Source: Psilocybe cubensis (Eukaryota). Taken from it: 64,000 bases of DNA. The notes under the pieces were generated by a model. The model was not told the origin of the DNA. It did not search any database and saw nothing but the letters and a program-made list of their open reading frames with translations. The first letter of the stretch is position 1. Each line of letters opens with the position of its first letter. The translations under genes and the position numbers were made by a program. The stretch covers positions 2,170,001-2,234,000 of the forward strand of contig CM039002.1 in NCBI GenBank assembly GCA_017499595.2, written 5' to 3'. Positions 22,794 through 33,532 of this stretch are shown here, piece after piece.

Positions 22794-25104
22794 CTAGGCT
22801 TTCAAAGTTTTTTTTCTTTGTCTTTTACCTGCTACAGCAAGCAGACTTGCTTCCTGAAGTGCTAAGGCATCCGAAGTCACATTCCTGCGGGCCCGTGTTT
22901 CATCCGTATCTGGACTTGTTACTGTCTCCACAAAGGCATCACAAGTCACGTCCCTGCCGGCCCGTGTATTATCCGTGTCTTGGGTTGTTCCTGTTTGGAC
23001 TCCATCTTCTTCCACTGTGTCAAGTGGATCTGAGTAGGGCTTTGTTCTTTTCCTAGGTTGAATCCTTCTAGTTGGTTTTGGCTTAACTGGGGGGGGTACA
23101 GAACTCTCTTCATTGGGTCCGTCCATTTCCGCCGTTCCGACATATGGCTTTGTTCTTTTTCTTGGCATAATCTTTCTAGCTGGCTTGGGAGGCGCCTCCT
23201 CAACCTCTGGAGTTGGGCTGGATGATGGATTGACAATTGTTGGGCTGGATCTACTTGGTAGAGAGGGTGGCTCGCTAGATCTTGAAGGTGCGTCGGTAGG
23301 AGTCTCATCCGTCTCTGGCGTGACTTCAAATCTGGCAGTAGTGCGTGGCATCGCGGATGCCGGACTGCCCCGTCCATTATCAAACTCTGACAGATTGGAT
23401 GATTCAGAGTCGCTTGAAGATTGGGTTTGAAGTCGTATAGCTTTTTGCCTCAGCCGACGTTTGGTTATGGCTGCAGGAGGTGGAGGTATCGGGTGGGCTT
23501 CTAGGCCGTCAAACAAGTTGGACGGATAGAGAGGTTCCATAATGTCATAGCCATTTCCAAAAACCTTTGAGAATTTAAAGGGGATGTCTCCTTGCGCTTG
23601 ACGGTCCCTCCATAGCTTGAGAATTGCAGAAGTTGACTCCAGGCGGAGCCGGCTCGGATCCGTCACGGGGATTGAACTTGGCCAATACTCTGGATCAATC
23701 ATTTCTGCAGAACGCCTTTCAAGAGCATCCCAAGGAACACTTGAACCAGGCCTATCCTTGGCTAAAGCTGTATACATAGTTAGCAAGTTTGTTGAGGACA
23801 TAGACAAATTACACACCATAAACCTTGTTCATGTAAATTCTAATAATTGACTTTTGCGCATAAGCGACTTCTCTCCCAGTTGAGCCATAGATAGGACTAG
23901 GTACTATTGGAAATCCATTGCTGCTAAACTTGAGGGATTTTTCATGAAACGATGCATCTGGCAGTGCTGGATTGGCCACACCCTTCTCTATTTCTGAAAT
24001 GTGGACGAGGTATTGAACAAACGCTCTGCGAAAAGCGGCCAACTCGGATGGAAAGAGTTGCCCAAAGGAAGGAATTCTGACATTGTCGAGTGCTAGATCG
24101 CTTGTCTGGGTCCTTCAATGCCCATCAGTCAACATTAATACGGGTCAAATTATTCCGCCGTGAATGCTTACGGCGGAAACTTTATCCGCCGTAGGGTGTT
24201 TACGGCGGATAAAGTTTCCGCCGTAAGCATTCACGGCGGAACTTGTTCATGCCGTGTTTAACACTTACATTGAGTATTCGATTTTACCCTCAATATCATA
24301 ATGCCCCTCAAAGGTAATGGACCTCATACCCATTCTCTGCCACTTAAGTTTCTCCATTTGTCGAAGTATTTTTCTGCCTTGCCTGGCAGCAGTCCTGCAG
24401 ATGTCAGATTGACGGCGGAAACAAGTTCCACCGACTCACTTTGCCTTCATTGATTTTGAAACACCTTTCTTATTCCATTCCTCGAGGATCTCCATGAACC
24501 TGTCCCGCTCCTCCTGAGTCAATCTGGCCTCAACCTGCTTACGTCCTTGTTGATAAAACTTCATCCAATCTTTACTTCCACGAGCAGCATTCCCTGATAG
24601 AAGCGCAACCTCGGAGTCAATCTCTGCCGACTTCTCCTCACGGAATACCGTCTGAAAGGTTATACGGGAGTTCAATCCTTCCAATTTTACACCAATTCGA
24701 TTTGACGCATGGTTTCTAAACCAATTAAAAATTCGCTATTGTGATGGTTTATGTGTGTAACAAAATTTTCAAAGAAACAACGAGCTCACATGCTTCTTCA
24801 CCTTCCATTCTTTGTGTAGTTGCTTATCTTCCTTCCTAGCACGTCTAGAGTATCTGTGATCCCATGTAGCTTGCAGCTCAGGTATGACAGTGTTCTGTAT
24901 GTAGTCTGCTTTGGATGACTTTGATGTATCTTTGTAGGGCTGTACATGCTTTTTCAACACGCGCATTTCCTTTGTGGTCCATATATTTGATTCTTCCGGC
25001 GGAAAGTCACCCTCTGCCGTCTGTCCGCTTCTGGGTCCGTTGTGGGTTGTGGCATTTGCGGTGGAAGGAAGCGGATCCGCGTCGGGGGATGCATTGGTGG
25101 GCAT
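22794..25104 (-). CDS. Multi-exon homeo/HMG-like helical protein, divergent from the transposase (inner gene C)
   Basis: Spliced motifs RIFNWFRNH, RLTQEERDRFMEILEEWNKKG, WQRMGMRSITF, NGFPIVP, VPWDALERRSAEMIDPEYWP, WRDRQAQGDIPFKFSKV. Homologous to 11182-13737. Confidence 0.72.
24153..24241. repeat. Perfect 41-bp inverted repeat with 7-nt loop inside an intron
   Basis: TTCCGCCGTGAATGCTTACGGCGGAAACTTTATCCGCCGTA - GGGTGTT - exact reverse complement. Confidence 0.95.
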
Positions 25105-25983
25105 AATTGCAGCGATGTAACAAGTAGCTTATCAATGAGTATCTGTGTGATCTAGTCAAATCTCACGTCATACGGAGATAAAATAAGCTTCCGATCATAC
25201 TAAATGAATGATGTGATGTCATATTTTTCCCAATCAGGTAATCCCGCTTCATAGTCGGCCACGATGATCAAAGCATGCTGGTCGCTGTCACATACATTGA
25301 CCTCATGATTTTGCAATAGTTCCCTCTGCACTCAATCAATAAACATGAAATTTTGTAAACATTTAGCGCTTTATATAAAGATAATCTTACAAGGTTTTAA
25401 ATTCTTGTTAGATGGCTGTAAAGATACAGAAACACAAAATTCAAATTCACGTCTTCTCACCCAAAACTTGTGAAACCCAAAACGGCAGTCATCTCAGAGA
25501 CCATGAGAGGTATTCAAATGCATAATTTTTTTCAAAAAATATAATGATCCCAGTGAGCTCATTTTGACACATTTTCTAGTATATTGAGAATATCTCCTTA
25601 AATACGAGGATTCACATTCTACAAAAAATGTCATTCGGTAGCTATTAAAAATATCTTTCATATGATATACGCCGGAGGAATGAGGGGCCAGCCAGTGAAA
25701 AGATATTTCAAAAACACTCCAAAGTGTGGTTCTGAAAGGGTCGTTCTGCATCATATTGTACATTTATGATGGGATCACGTCCATTTTGTGCATCTCTGGA
25801 TTAAGTTTTGTTCATAACATTTCACTCACTCATCCAAATATGCTGCAAGATAGATCATATGAAAGCTATTTTTCTCCTCTTTAAAACGGCATAATTGAGG
25901 GAAATTTATCTACAGAAATAAACATGTTATACTACATTTAGATCTGCGCTCACAGGCTGTCAGACTCTTTGTTTCCAACATCC

Positions 25984-28900
25984 ATGGGCTTCAAGAAAGT
26001 ACCTGATAGGGGATTGGATGAGGAGTTTCCCAATGTTCGGGAGGCCTCCTGGTCTAGTGGGGCCAAGAAACGAAAGAGAGGGCGGCCGAGGATCCACAAA
26101 CTTCCTGCAGAATCATCATCAACAAACCTCCCTCAAACAACGACTTACTCTTTCCAAAACCATGAACACAACATTCTGGAAGAAGAAATACCTCATTATC
26201 CGGGAGATCTAACTGATCAGCAGGTACTTGATAACCTGAGACAGCTAGATGACGACAGAACGGGAGGAAAGGTATGTTTTAACATGTTTTCAGTAGAATG
26301 ATCAGGATGACTTTACCTATCCAGTCTCAAAATGATTACCTGAGGGAATGGCTCCCGAAACGAGAGGTGTATCTTGGAACAATGATTGGAGGAGAAGCCC
26401 CGGATCCGGATCTGAATGGACGGTGTCAGCAATGTCAAGGAATGTCTGGAGTGTGGAGATGTTGCCAATGCTTTGGCTCTAGAATTTTGTGTTCTGAATG
26501 CCTGCAAAGAAACCATCAATTTACACCTTTCCACCGCGTTGAGAAGTGGACGGGTCTATATTTCCGTCCGGGAGCTCTGTGGGAAGTGGGTGTCAAGTTG
26601 TATTTGGGTCATAATGGGAAGCGGTGTCCTTATCCCACGGATCCGAGCCATCTAGGATGCGACGGCGGAAACAATTCATCCGGGAGTCATGGGCACGGCG
26701 GAAACAATTCGCCCATCTTTGAGGATGAACACGGATTGGATCTGGATCCGCTTCCTGCGAGCAATGACCAAGAATCCTTTACGGCTCAGCTTCTGGCAGA
26801 CCCGGAGGTACCCCATTTGGTTGAGCTGGACGATGGAGACGATGAAGACGATGATCTATTCGAGGAAGTCGATACAACCTATCTGGACCAACCTCGTCCA
26901 AAGGCAGCAGACAACAATGGAATTCCTTTCAAGGCAATTGTGCACACCTCCGGAGTCCATTATCTGCCCGTGCGAACATGCACATGCCGGTCCGTCCGCC
27001 TTCCGTCTATCGATTTACAGTATCTGGAGATGGGATTATTTGCAGCCAGCTTTGAAAACGTTCAAACTGTGTTCACAGTTGAGGTCCTTGAGGACTTTTG
27101 GATGGACAACCTCGAGTGCAAAACGTCGGCTTATCAGTATTACCAAAAGTTGCGAAGACTGACTTCGCCAGCGTTTCCAAAAAAGGTGCTGAACCGCTAT
27201 CGTGAATTGAGAAGGCTTAGTAGAGAATACAGGGACCTTGTCCTGAGACGACAATACGGAGAAGGGCATACAAGAGAAGCGGTGGTCCCTTACTATCATC
27301 ATTGCCATGATTCATCACCAGAGAGGATGGGTATTAATGTATCTGATCCAATTGACGGCGGATCTGATAGTCCGTCTCAAGAAGTCGGAATGTCAACGGA
27401 CCCGTCTCTGGGACACGGCGGATTAGATGGTCCGCCTGCACCACACATGACGCGGACCGAGGATCATCCCAAAGTTGAAGATAGGAGAGGGAAGTTGGCC
27501 TTATTCTGCCCCGCCTGTCCACAGCCTGGAATAAACCTACCTGATACCTGGATTGATGATGCTGACAGGCAAGTTTTAGTTATTCTTCAAGGGTGACTGC
27601 AATTAACAGCAAATAGCAATCTGCACATACGTAGTTATGTTGCAGATGGTAATTTCAAAGCAGATCACCTCAATCAGAAAAACGAGGGAGACGATGTTTG
27701 GTTGAGCGTTGGAGAAGGATACATGACTGCTCCGGGCCCATACAAGGAGCACATCAAGGAAGCAATTTCTCTTGCTCCACGTTATAAACGGGTGCGTTAT
27801 CTACCATGATTTATCTTTCACGGCGGATGCTTACGTTCCGTGTCACAATCTTCCACGGCGGATGCTTCCCTTCCGTGTCAAAAAAATCTTCCACGGCGGA
27901 TGGCTTATCCTCCGTGTAAAAAAATATCAGGAACAAACATGTCATAACTACCACACCCAGAAAGCTGAAAACAGAGTCAGCCCGGGTAAGAGAGTACGTG
28001 GAATTGGGGCACACGCTTGCGCTAGGCACGGATGCTTCTGTCCATCCAGCGTTGTTGATTTTGACAAAGGCGAAAAGCAGATGCACATGGATTGGTCTTT
28101 GACTCAGGCCAGGGAAACTACCAACACACAGGGAATCACAAAACATTTGGAAATCTACGATATAAACTGTCAATATTGCGTTAACTTGGCAAGGCGTCTC
28201 TCAGAGTCCACAAAAATGCATTGGCCACCTTCTGTTAAAATGATTTTTGCAATTGGTTTATTTCACGTCCACGGGCACAAGACGGAATGTCTTTACAACT
28301 ACGCATCCACCTATGTCCCGGGTGTGGGAATCATTGACGGAGAAATCCTGGAGCCGTTGTGGTCCGTGTTAAATGACACATCCCGGAGTACACGTTCCGC
28401 TACCACTGCCCATCGAGCAGAGGTTTTGGACGACCACATGGGGGATTCCAACTGGAAGAAGACCATTAATATGGCTGCAACAATTGCTGCAAAGTTCAAA
28501 CGGGCACGGGAACAGTCCGGAATCACAGACCGATTTTATAGGGGTATCACGGATCAACAAGATTCCGGGCTCATCAACACTTGGGAAGATGAAATTTCAA
28601 AAGCAGAAGCGGACCGAGAACAAGGTGTGGCCGACGCTGTTGGCAAGGTAATGGCAAGCAAAGTGAAAACGGCTGCTGGACGCCAAGAAATTGAATTGCA
28701 TCTTTCAAATATGGAACTTACATCTAATGGTGCTACTGGAAAGGCAGCATGGATATCATCCGGCTTAAAACTGGAGCAAGCGCAGTACGATTATTTCAAT
28801 TGCATCCTACAGAATTTAACATGCTTTTAGATTGGAGCTCAGGGACCATGTCAGAAAGCTCGGAAAGCATCCTTCCACCGCGCAGAAACTTGACTTGGTC

Positions 28901-29906
28901 AATAAACGTCGCTCCATGCGGACCCGCGTTGAAGCCTTCTGTCGATCCGCTATGACCTTCATGGGCGAAGATGTCTTGGAGGATATTCAAGGGGACATCG
29001 CTCCCATACTTGACTATGAAGTCAGTGACAACGACGATCCTGATCTTGGAAATGTCAACATTACCCGCGCGGATCCGGAACGACAGCCGCTTCCGTTTCC
29101 CTCCGCCGTCAAACAAGATTTCTTTGACGGCCTTGACGCGGGAACAAACCTCATTTTAAAAGGGCTTCGCAAACTTGAACTTCAAATAAGACATGGCCAC
29201 GCAGAGGACTGTCTGGAAGCGGTCCGGTCAGCCTTGATCCAGCTTTCTTGGCAGTATAAATATCAGGTTTGGACCGCCGACTCCGTCTATATGGGGACTC
29301 GTGCTTGGGATGGCGTCAAGCTTTTGAATGCTTCCTGGAAATTGCACCGGCGACTCTACAACACAAACCGTCAGAAGATGATCTATTTATCTGCTGGCGT
29401 GCGAGACGAGGATAATATTCGGAAACAATATCCCATTCTGCAAGTCCATGATTGCAAGCATAGTAATGCCGTGTCGGATCCGAACATTCGCGGAGGAAGC
29501 TCGGACCGTCTAAGTTGGATTTGGAGATCCCGTCAGGGCCTGGACAATGATAATCAATTATACGTTAATGAGTGTGAGTACTGCTATTTGTATTTCTAAT
29601 TTTTTTCTCAAGGGCTTCTTAGTCTTTAGGCTAAACTGGCTCCGCGCGCGAGCTCAGAGGAATAGATGGCAAGAGGAGCTGGCCTTGACAAAAAAGGAAA
29701 TGGAATGGACTGTCAGATTTTATGTGTATATGGCAAAGACATGGCGTGCACGGCATGATTTTGTTCCTGACAGGTTAGTTGGTCACAGGGCAAATGCTCA
29801 AAAGCAGATTGCCATGTGGAATGATCTGGGGCGGGCCGCGGATAAGGTCTTCCGTCAAATTAACCCGGAGTATCCGTCCGTGTGGAGATTTATAATTACA
29901 GATTAA
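25984..29906 (+). CDS. KDZ transposase with CxC2 cysteine cluster (inner element)
   Basis: WRCCQC...CSECLQRNHQFTPFHRVEKWTG, VHTSGVH, CPACPQPGINLP, DGNFKADH, CARHGC, KGEKQMHMD, YDINCQY, FHVHGHKTEC, DGEILEPLW, WLRARAQRNRWQEE. About 6 exons including a GC-AG intron at 27569-27616; frame intact. Confidence 0.94.
27818..27920 (+). repeat. 3 x about 33-37-bp tandem repeat (CACGGCGGATG...TCCGTGT) in a transposase intron
   Basis: Lies within intron 27792-27930. Confidence 0.85.
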
Positions 29907-29950
29907 CCAGTTCTTTGAACATTCTTGTTGTATCCCATCTCGTTGAATTC

Positions 29951-31575
29951 ATGCACTTACCGCGGCTTTTTAAACCTCCTGTCGAGGACGAACATCATCT
30001 CCTTACCTATGATGAGCGACGTGCTCTGGCCAAAGTTCATGTCCATATTTGTGGTGCACGGATCCGTGCCGGATACCGTTTGTTCATTGCAAACGGAGAC
30101 TCTGTTTCCTCCGTGTGTCGCCAAAAATGGATGTATTTGCTCGACCTGGAGGTGGTAAGACAGTAATTTTGAACGATTATATCTTGTATTGAGAACTGGT
30201 CGTCAGGCTATACTGCTGAGAGTACTCGGATACTGCTATGTCAATGGATTCCAAGTCAATATTCCATTTTTTATATCAGAAATTCTCAATCAGAGCGTAC
30301 ATGCCGTTTTGAACCGAACTCCCCACCATCAAGCTGTTCTATTTGAATCTCTAAATCAAAGCTGGTCAGCATGGGAAGATGATGAAATTTTAAATCAGAC
30401 CAAGAGCTGGGGATATTGGTGGAGGGACGGATTTGCTGAAGGCGATGAGTGGCAAGTTGCCTTTGTTACCGTTGAATCGCAAGCAAGAGAATTTTGGAAC
30501 AAGGTATGTTTTTTTATTGCTGTGGATTATATCTGATTTGCGTCCTTCCCACCAGGTGGTTCTGCCTGAATACCAACAAGAGGTACTCCGGCTAAATAAT
30601 CAGAGGAAAGAAGCTAAGGAGGGCGCAAGTTCATCTACCTCTGGGCCTCCAAGAAATCAGGAAAACAATCCCAAGGGCAAGGGAAAGGCGGCTGAACGGA
30701 CATCCGTCCCCACCTCGGGGAAGCACGGATCCGCGTTGACGGGAAAGCACGGCTCCGCGTTTTCACCGCCCACGGGGAAACCCAATCCGCCGACCCGTGT
30801 TGCAAACACGCGGGATGAAACATCCCCAATTGCAATTTCTGACCACAGACCGCCCTACTGTCCCCGCTGCGGTCAGCCTATCCTAACGGGCGTAATGAGG
30901 GAGTTGGCTCACCTGCGCCGGAATGTGGCGGACAAAATGAAAAATGCCCATAAAGCAGTGACTACTTCTTCGGCCGCCTTGGGCAGATATTCTGTATTGG
31001 AGAAGATGTGGATTGACTCTAAGGAGCACCCGTTCTCTAACGGCAAGGGGCTTTCAGCCAAATACAAATTTCAGCATCCCGTTCACCCTTCTCCTGACAG
31101 TTGGGGCGCTATAACGGCTCAAGCCCGGTCCTTCGAGGTCTCAAAGCTCAAAGTCGCTTCATTTTACATCAACGACATTTTTTATTCTTTTATTGCCGTC
31201 AAGGAACTACCTTTTCATCCACTCTGGTATCATTCGCCACCCTCCAACACTGCAAATATTCATCTCCCAACAGATACTCTGCCTACTCCCGGTTCCGTCA
31301 GCCCTCCGTCAAATGCACACACCAGCAATGCCTTCCTTTTTAACGCAAGGTCAAGACCTGTTTTCCCGGGAGAAGAGGATGATATTGATAGTACGTCCGA
31401 TACCACTGAATCCTCTACACCAGCTACGTTTTTAGAGCATCTCGCACAGGACTTTGAAGAGGAGGCGGATGAGGAGTCTTCCGCCGGTAATACGACGGAG
31501 GAGTCAGATGCTTCCGGTAACTCGGAAGAGCTTAGCGAGGACGTGTCGGAAACACCCTGGGATGAGGAATCTTAG
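29951..31575 (+). CDS. Acidic-tailed CxxC protein downstream of the transposase (inner gene E), 3 exons
   Basis: MHLPRLFKPP...RQKWMYLLDLE | AILLRVLGYCY...GYWWRDG | ...CPRCGQP...QARSFEVSKLKVASFYI...D/E-rich tail. Homologous to the split outer gene E. Confidence 0.65.
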
Positions 31576-31708
31576 TTGCCCACCTCTCGCACAGGACATC
31601 AAAGAGGAGGCGGATGATGCCTTTTCCGCCGGTAATACGACGGCGGAGTCCGATGATTCCGGTAACCTTGGAAGAGCTCAGCGCGGGCGCGTCGGAAACA
31701 CCCTGGGA
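31441..31708 (+). repeat. About 123-bp direct duplication (31441-31562 and 31586-31708) of the end of gene E
   Basis: ctcgcacaggac...gaggaggcggatga...ccgccggtaatacgacgg...gtcggaaacaccctggga occurs twice. Confidence 0.88.
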
Positions 31709-31802
31709 CAGAGAATTCTGGTTGTTCTGTAGCTTTCGTACCGTTTTGTTTTGGAAATATAAAAAAATCTTCCCCAAACCCAACTTCCAAGTCAAAAACT
31801 GA

Positions 31803-33082
31803 TCATATTTCAAAATCAAAAGTGTTGGTGGCCGGTAAATTTGCAAAAAGATCGTACGTAGTAGACCATCCCGCCTCTTGGACTCCCAGCTCTTTAAATA
31901 CATTCCTACGCATGTAATAGACTATGACTGCCCTATCTCCCTCGCACACCGCGCCGTGTTGAAGCAACCTGCCGGTAATTGCAACAAGGGTCATGGGATC
32001 ATACTTGTACCGAAGTCCAAGGCCAGGAAGCTCAAGCCGTCCGTGTTCACCCTTCCCAAGTGGCATCAAAAAATCGTACCATGAGTAGCATGACCCATTA
32101 TCCCGATGGTACGGTGTATCTCGGTTGCTGATGGCGGTCATGACTCCAAAGGGCGAACTCCATATTGTGAGAATTTGCTTCAATATTTCGGCCTTATGGA
32201 CGAGCTCCGGTTCCGCAGCAAGCCGTTGAAGAAATTTTATTCCCGCCCGGTACTGCTCGGGGTGTATAATGCTCAAGATGGCTCCCAGCAAAGCCGAAGA
32301 TGTCATCATGTCTCGTATAAACTCCTGTCCAATAGGATTACACAAGTCCAAGGAGACCTCAAGCGGGTTGGACGTCTGAGGAAAATATGAGGCAGTATAA
32401 TACTTAGCAAACAAGTTTCTCACCTCATGGCCTTGCTGAAACCATGCCGGGGAAAAGTTAAGATTTCCAGGTTGAAGCCAACCTGGCTCATGTCGAAAGT
32501 AACTGTCATTGACCCTCCAGCTTGTGGCCAAAGGTGCCGCCTTGTGAATCATTGTTTCAATATCCCGTAATGAATTCCACACACTCTCCTGTTACTCTTT
32601 AGAACGCATAATATAGGAATTAATCGGTCCGTTTCTAAAACTCACCACCCTTGTCTCTGACAAAATACCTGGCAGGTACCACACCAATATGTTGCCTGCA
32701 CTATCGATTACAGTTCCGGGCAGGGTTTGGTACTGTAACGTGGAATGCACCGGAGGAAACTGGTCTTTCAGGCGAGCCTCAACGGCAGAATTCTGACCCG
32801 TGCAACGTGCGCTGAGATGGGTCAAATATTCTTCTGCATCCCACGTCATATATTCTGCCATTCACACATTATTTAATCTCAATTTTCAAAGCTTATTGAT
32901 TGCATACCTTGATTTTCAAATGCCTGCAAAATCACCTCCACAGCTAGATTGCACTCAAACATGGTCTCAGCACTGAAGTTTTCCCGGATTTGATTAGGCA
33001 GTTCTGCATGCCAAAGACGACTAGCTATCTTTGCCTTCATGTAGTTTGAGAGGGATTGGGTTAGCTCAAAGGCATAATCCAT
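31803..33082 (-). CDS. TET/JBP-family 2-oxoglutarate/Fe(II) nucleic-acid dioxygenase, 4 exons
   Basis: Fungal TET/JBP motifs GNILVWYLPGIL, SPAWFQQGH, LSIIHPEQY, ISNRDTPYHRD (HxD), LELPGLG, LLQHGA (distal His) and DRAVIVYYMR (2OG-binding Arg). Confidence 0.9.
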
Positions 33083-33207
33083 ACTATCAGGGTATGTGGA
33101 AAGGAATTTGCTGCCAGTATAATCTATACACCTTATTACATATATTAACGGTCATCCAATGTACGATTCAAGGCGGATATTTGTTGGAATACAGAAGCGG
33201 ATGGATG

Positions 33208-33525
33208 AATGGGTCCGTCTGACAGCACAACACGGGTCAAGCGGATCCGTCTGCTTGCAATACACGGGATGCAAATGGACCCGTCCGGCTCATTTCCGGC
33301 CCGTGTTTCTTCCGTGTAGGTAGACGCGCGGATCCCGCAGGCCACCCGGCGGCTCCATTTAGCGCTAAATGGCACGTCATGTACGCTATGATTTGCCAGG
33401 CCAAATCACACGTACATCACGCTAATCTCCTAATTAGGTAGCGGAAGTAAATCCACCGTATCTCACGTAATATCCTTATTATTAAATCTTAGGTAATGTA
33501 CGTTATAAATAAACTGTCTTATGTG
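33208..33525 (-). repeat. Right terminal inverted repeat (318 bp)
   Basis: Reverse complement of 17915-18232; ends ...CTGTCTTATGTG. Confidence 0.95.
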
Positions 33526-33532
33526 CCGCAAT
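33526..33532 (+). repeat. Right target-site duplication CCGCAAT
   Basis: Matches 17908-17914. Confidence 0.92.

Larger units (their letters stand above)
17915..33525. mobile_element. Complete 15,611-bp KDZ DNA transposon carrying a TET/JBP dioxygenase and four accessory genes (inner element)
   Basis: 318-bp TIRs with 2 mismatches, 7-bp TSD, intact CxC2-KDZ transposase and intact TET/JBP gene. Confidence 0.95.

Noticed and set aside
27818-27920. Short regularly spaced repeats here and at 8606-8704 that superficially resemble CRISPR arrays
   Set aside because: Eukaryotic context, no unique spacers and no cas genes; they are tandem repeats.
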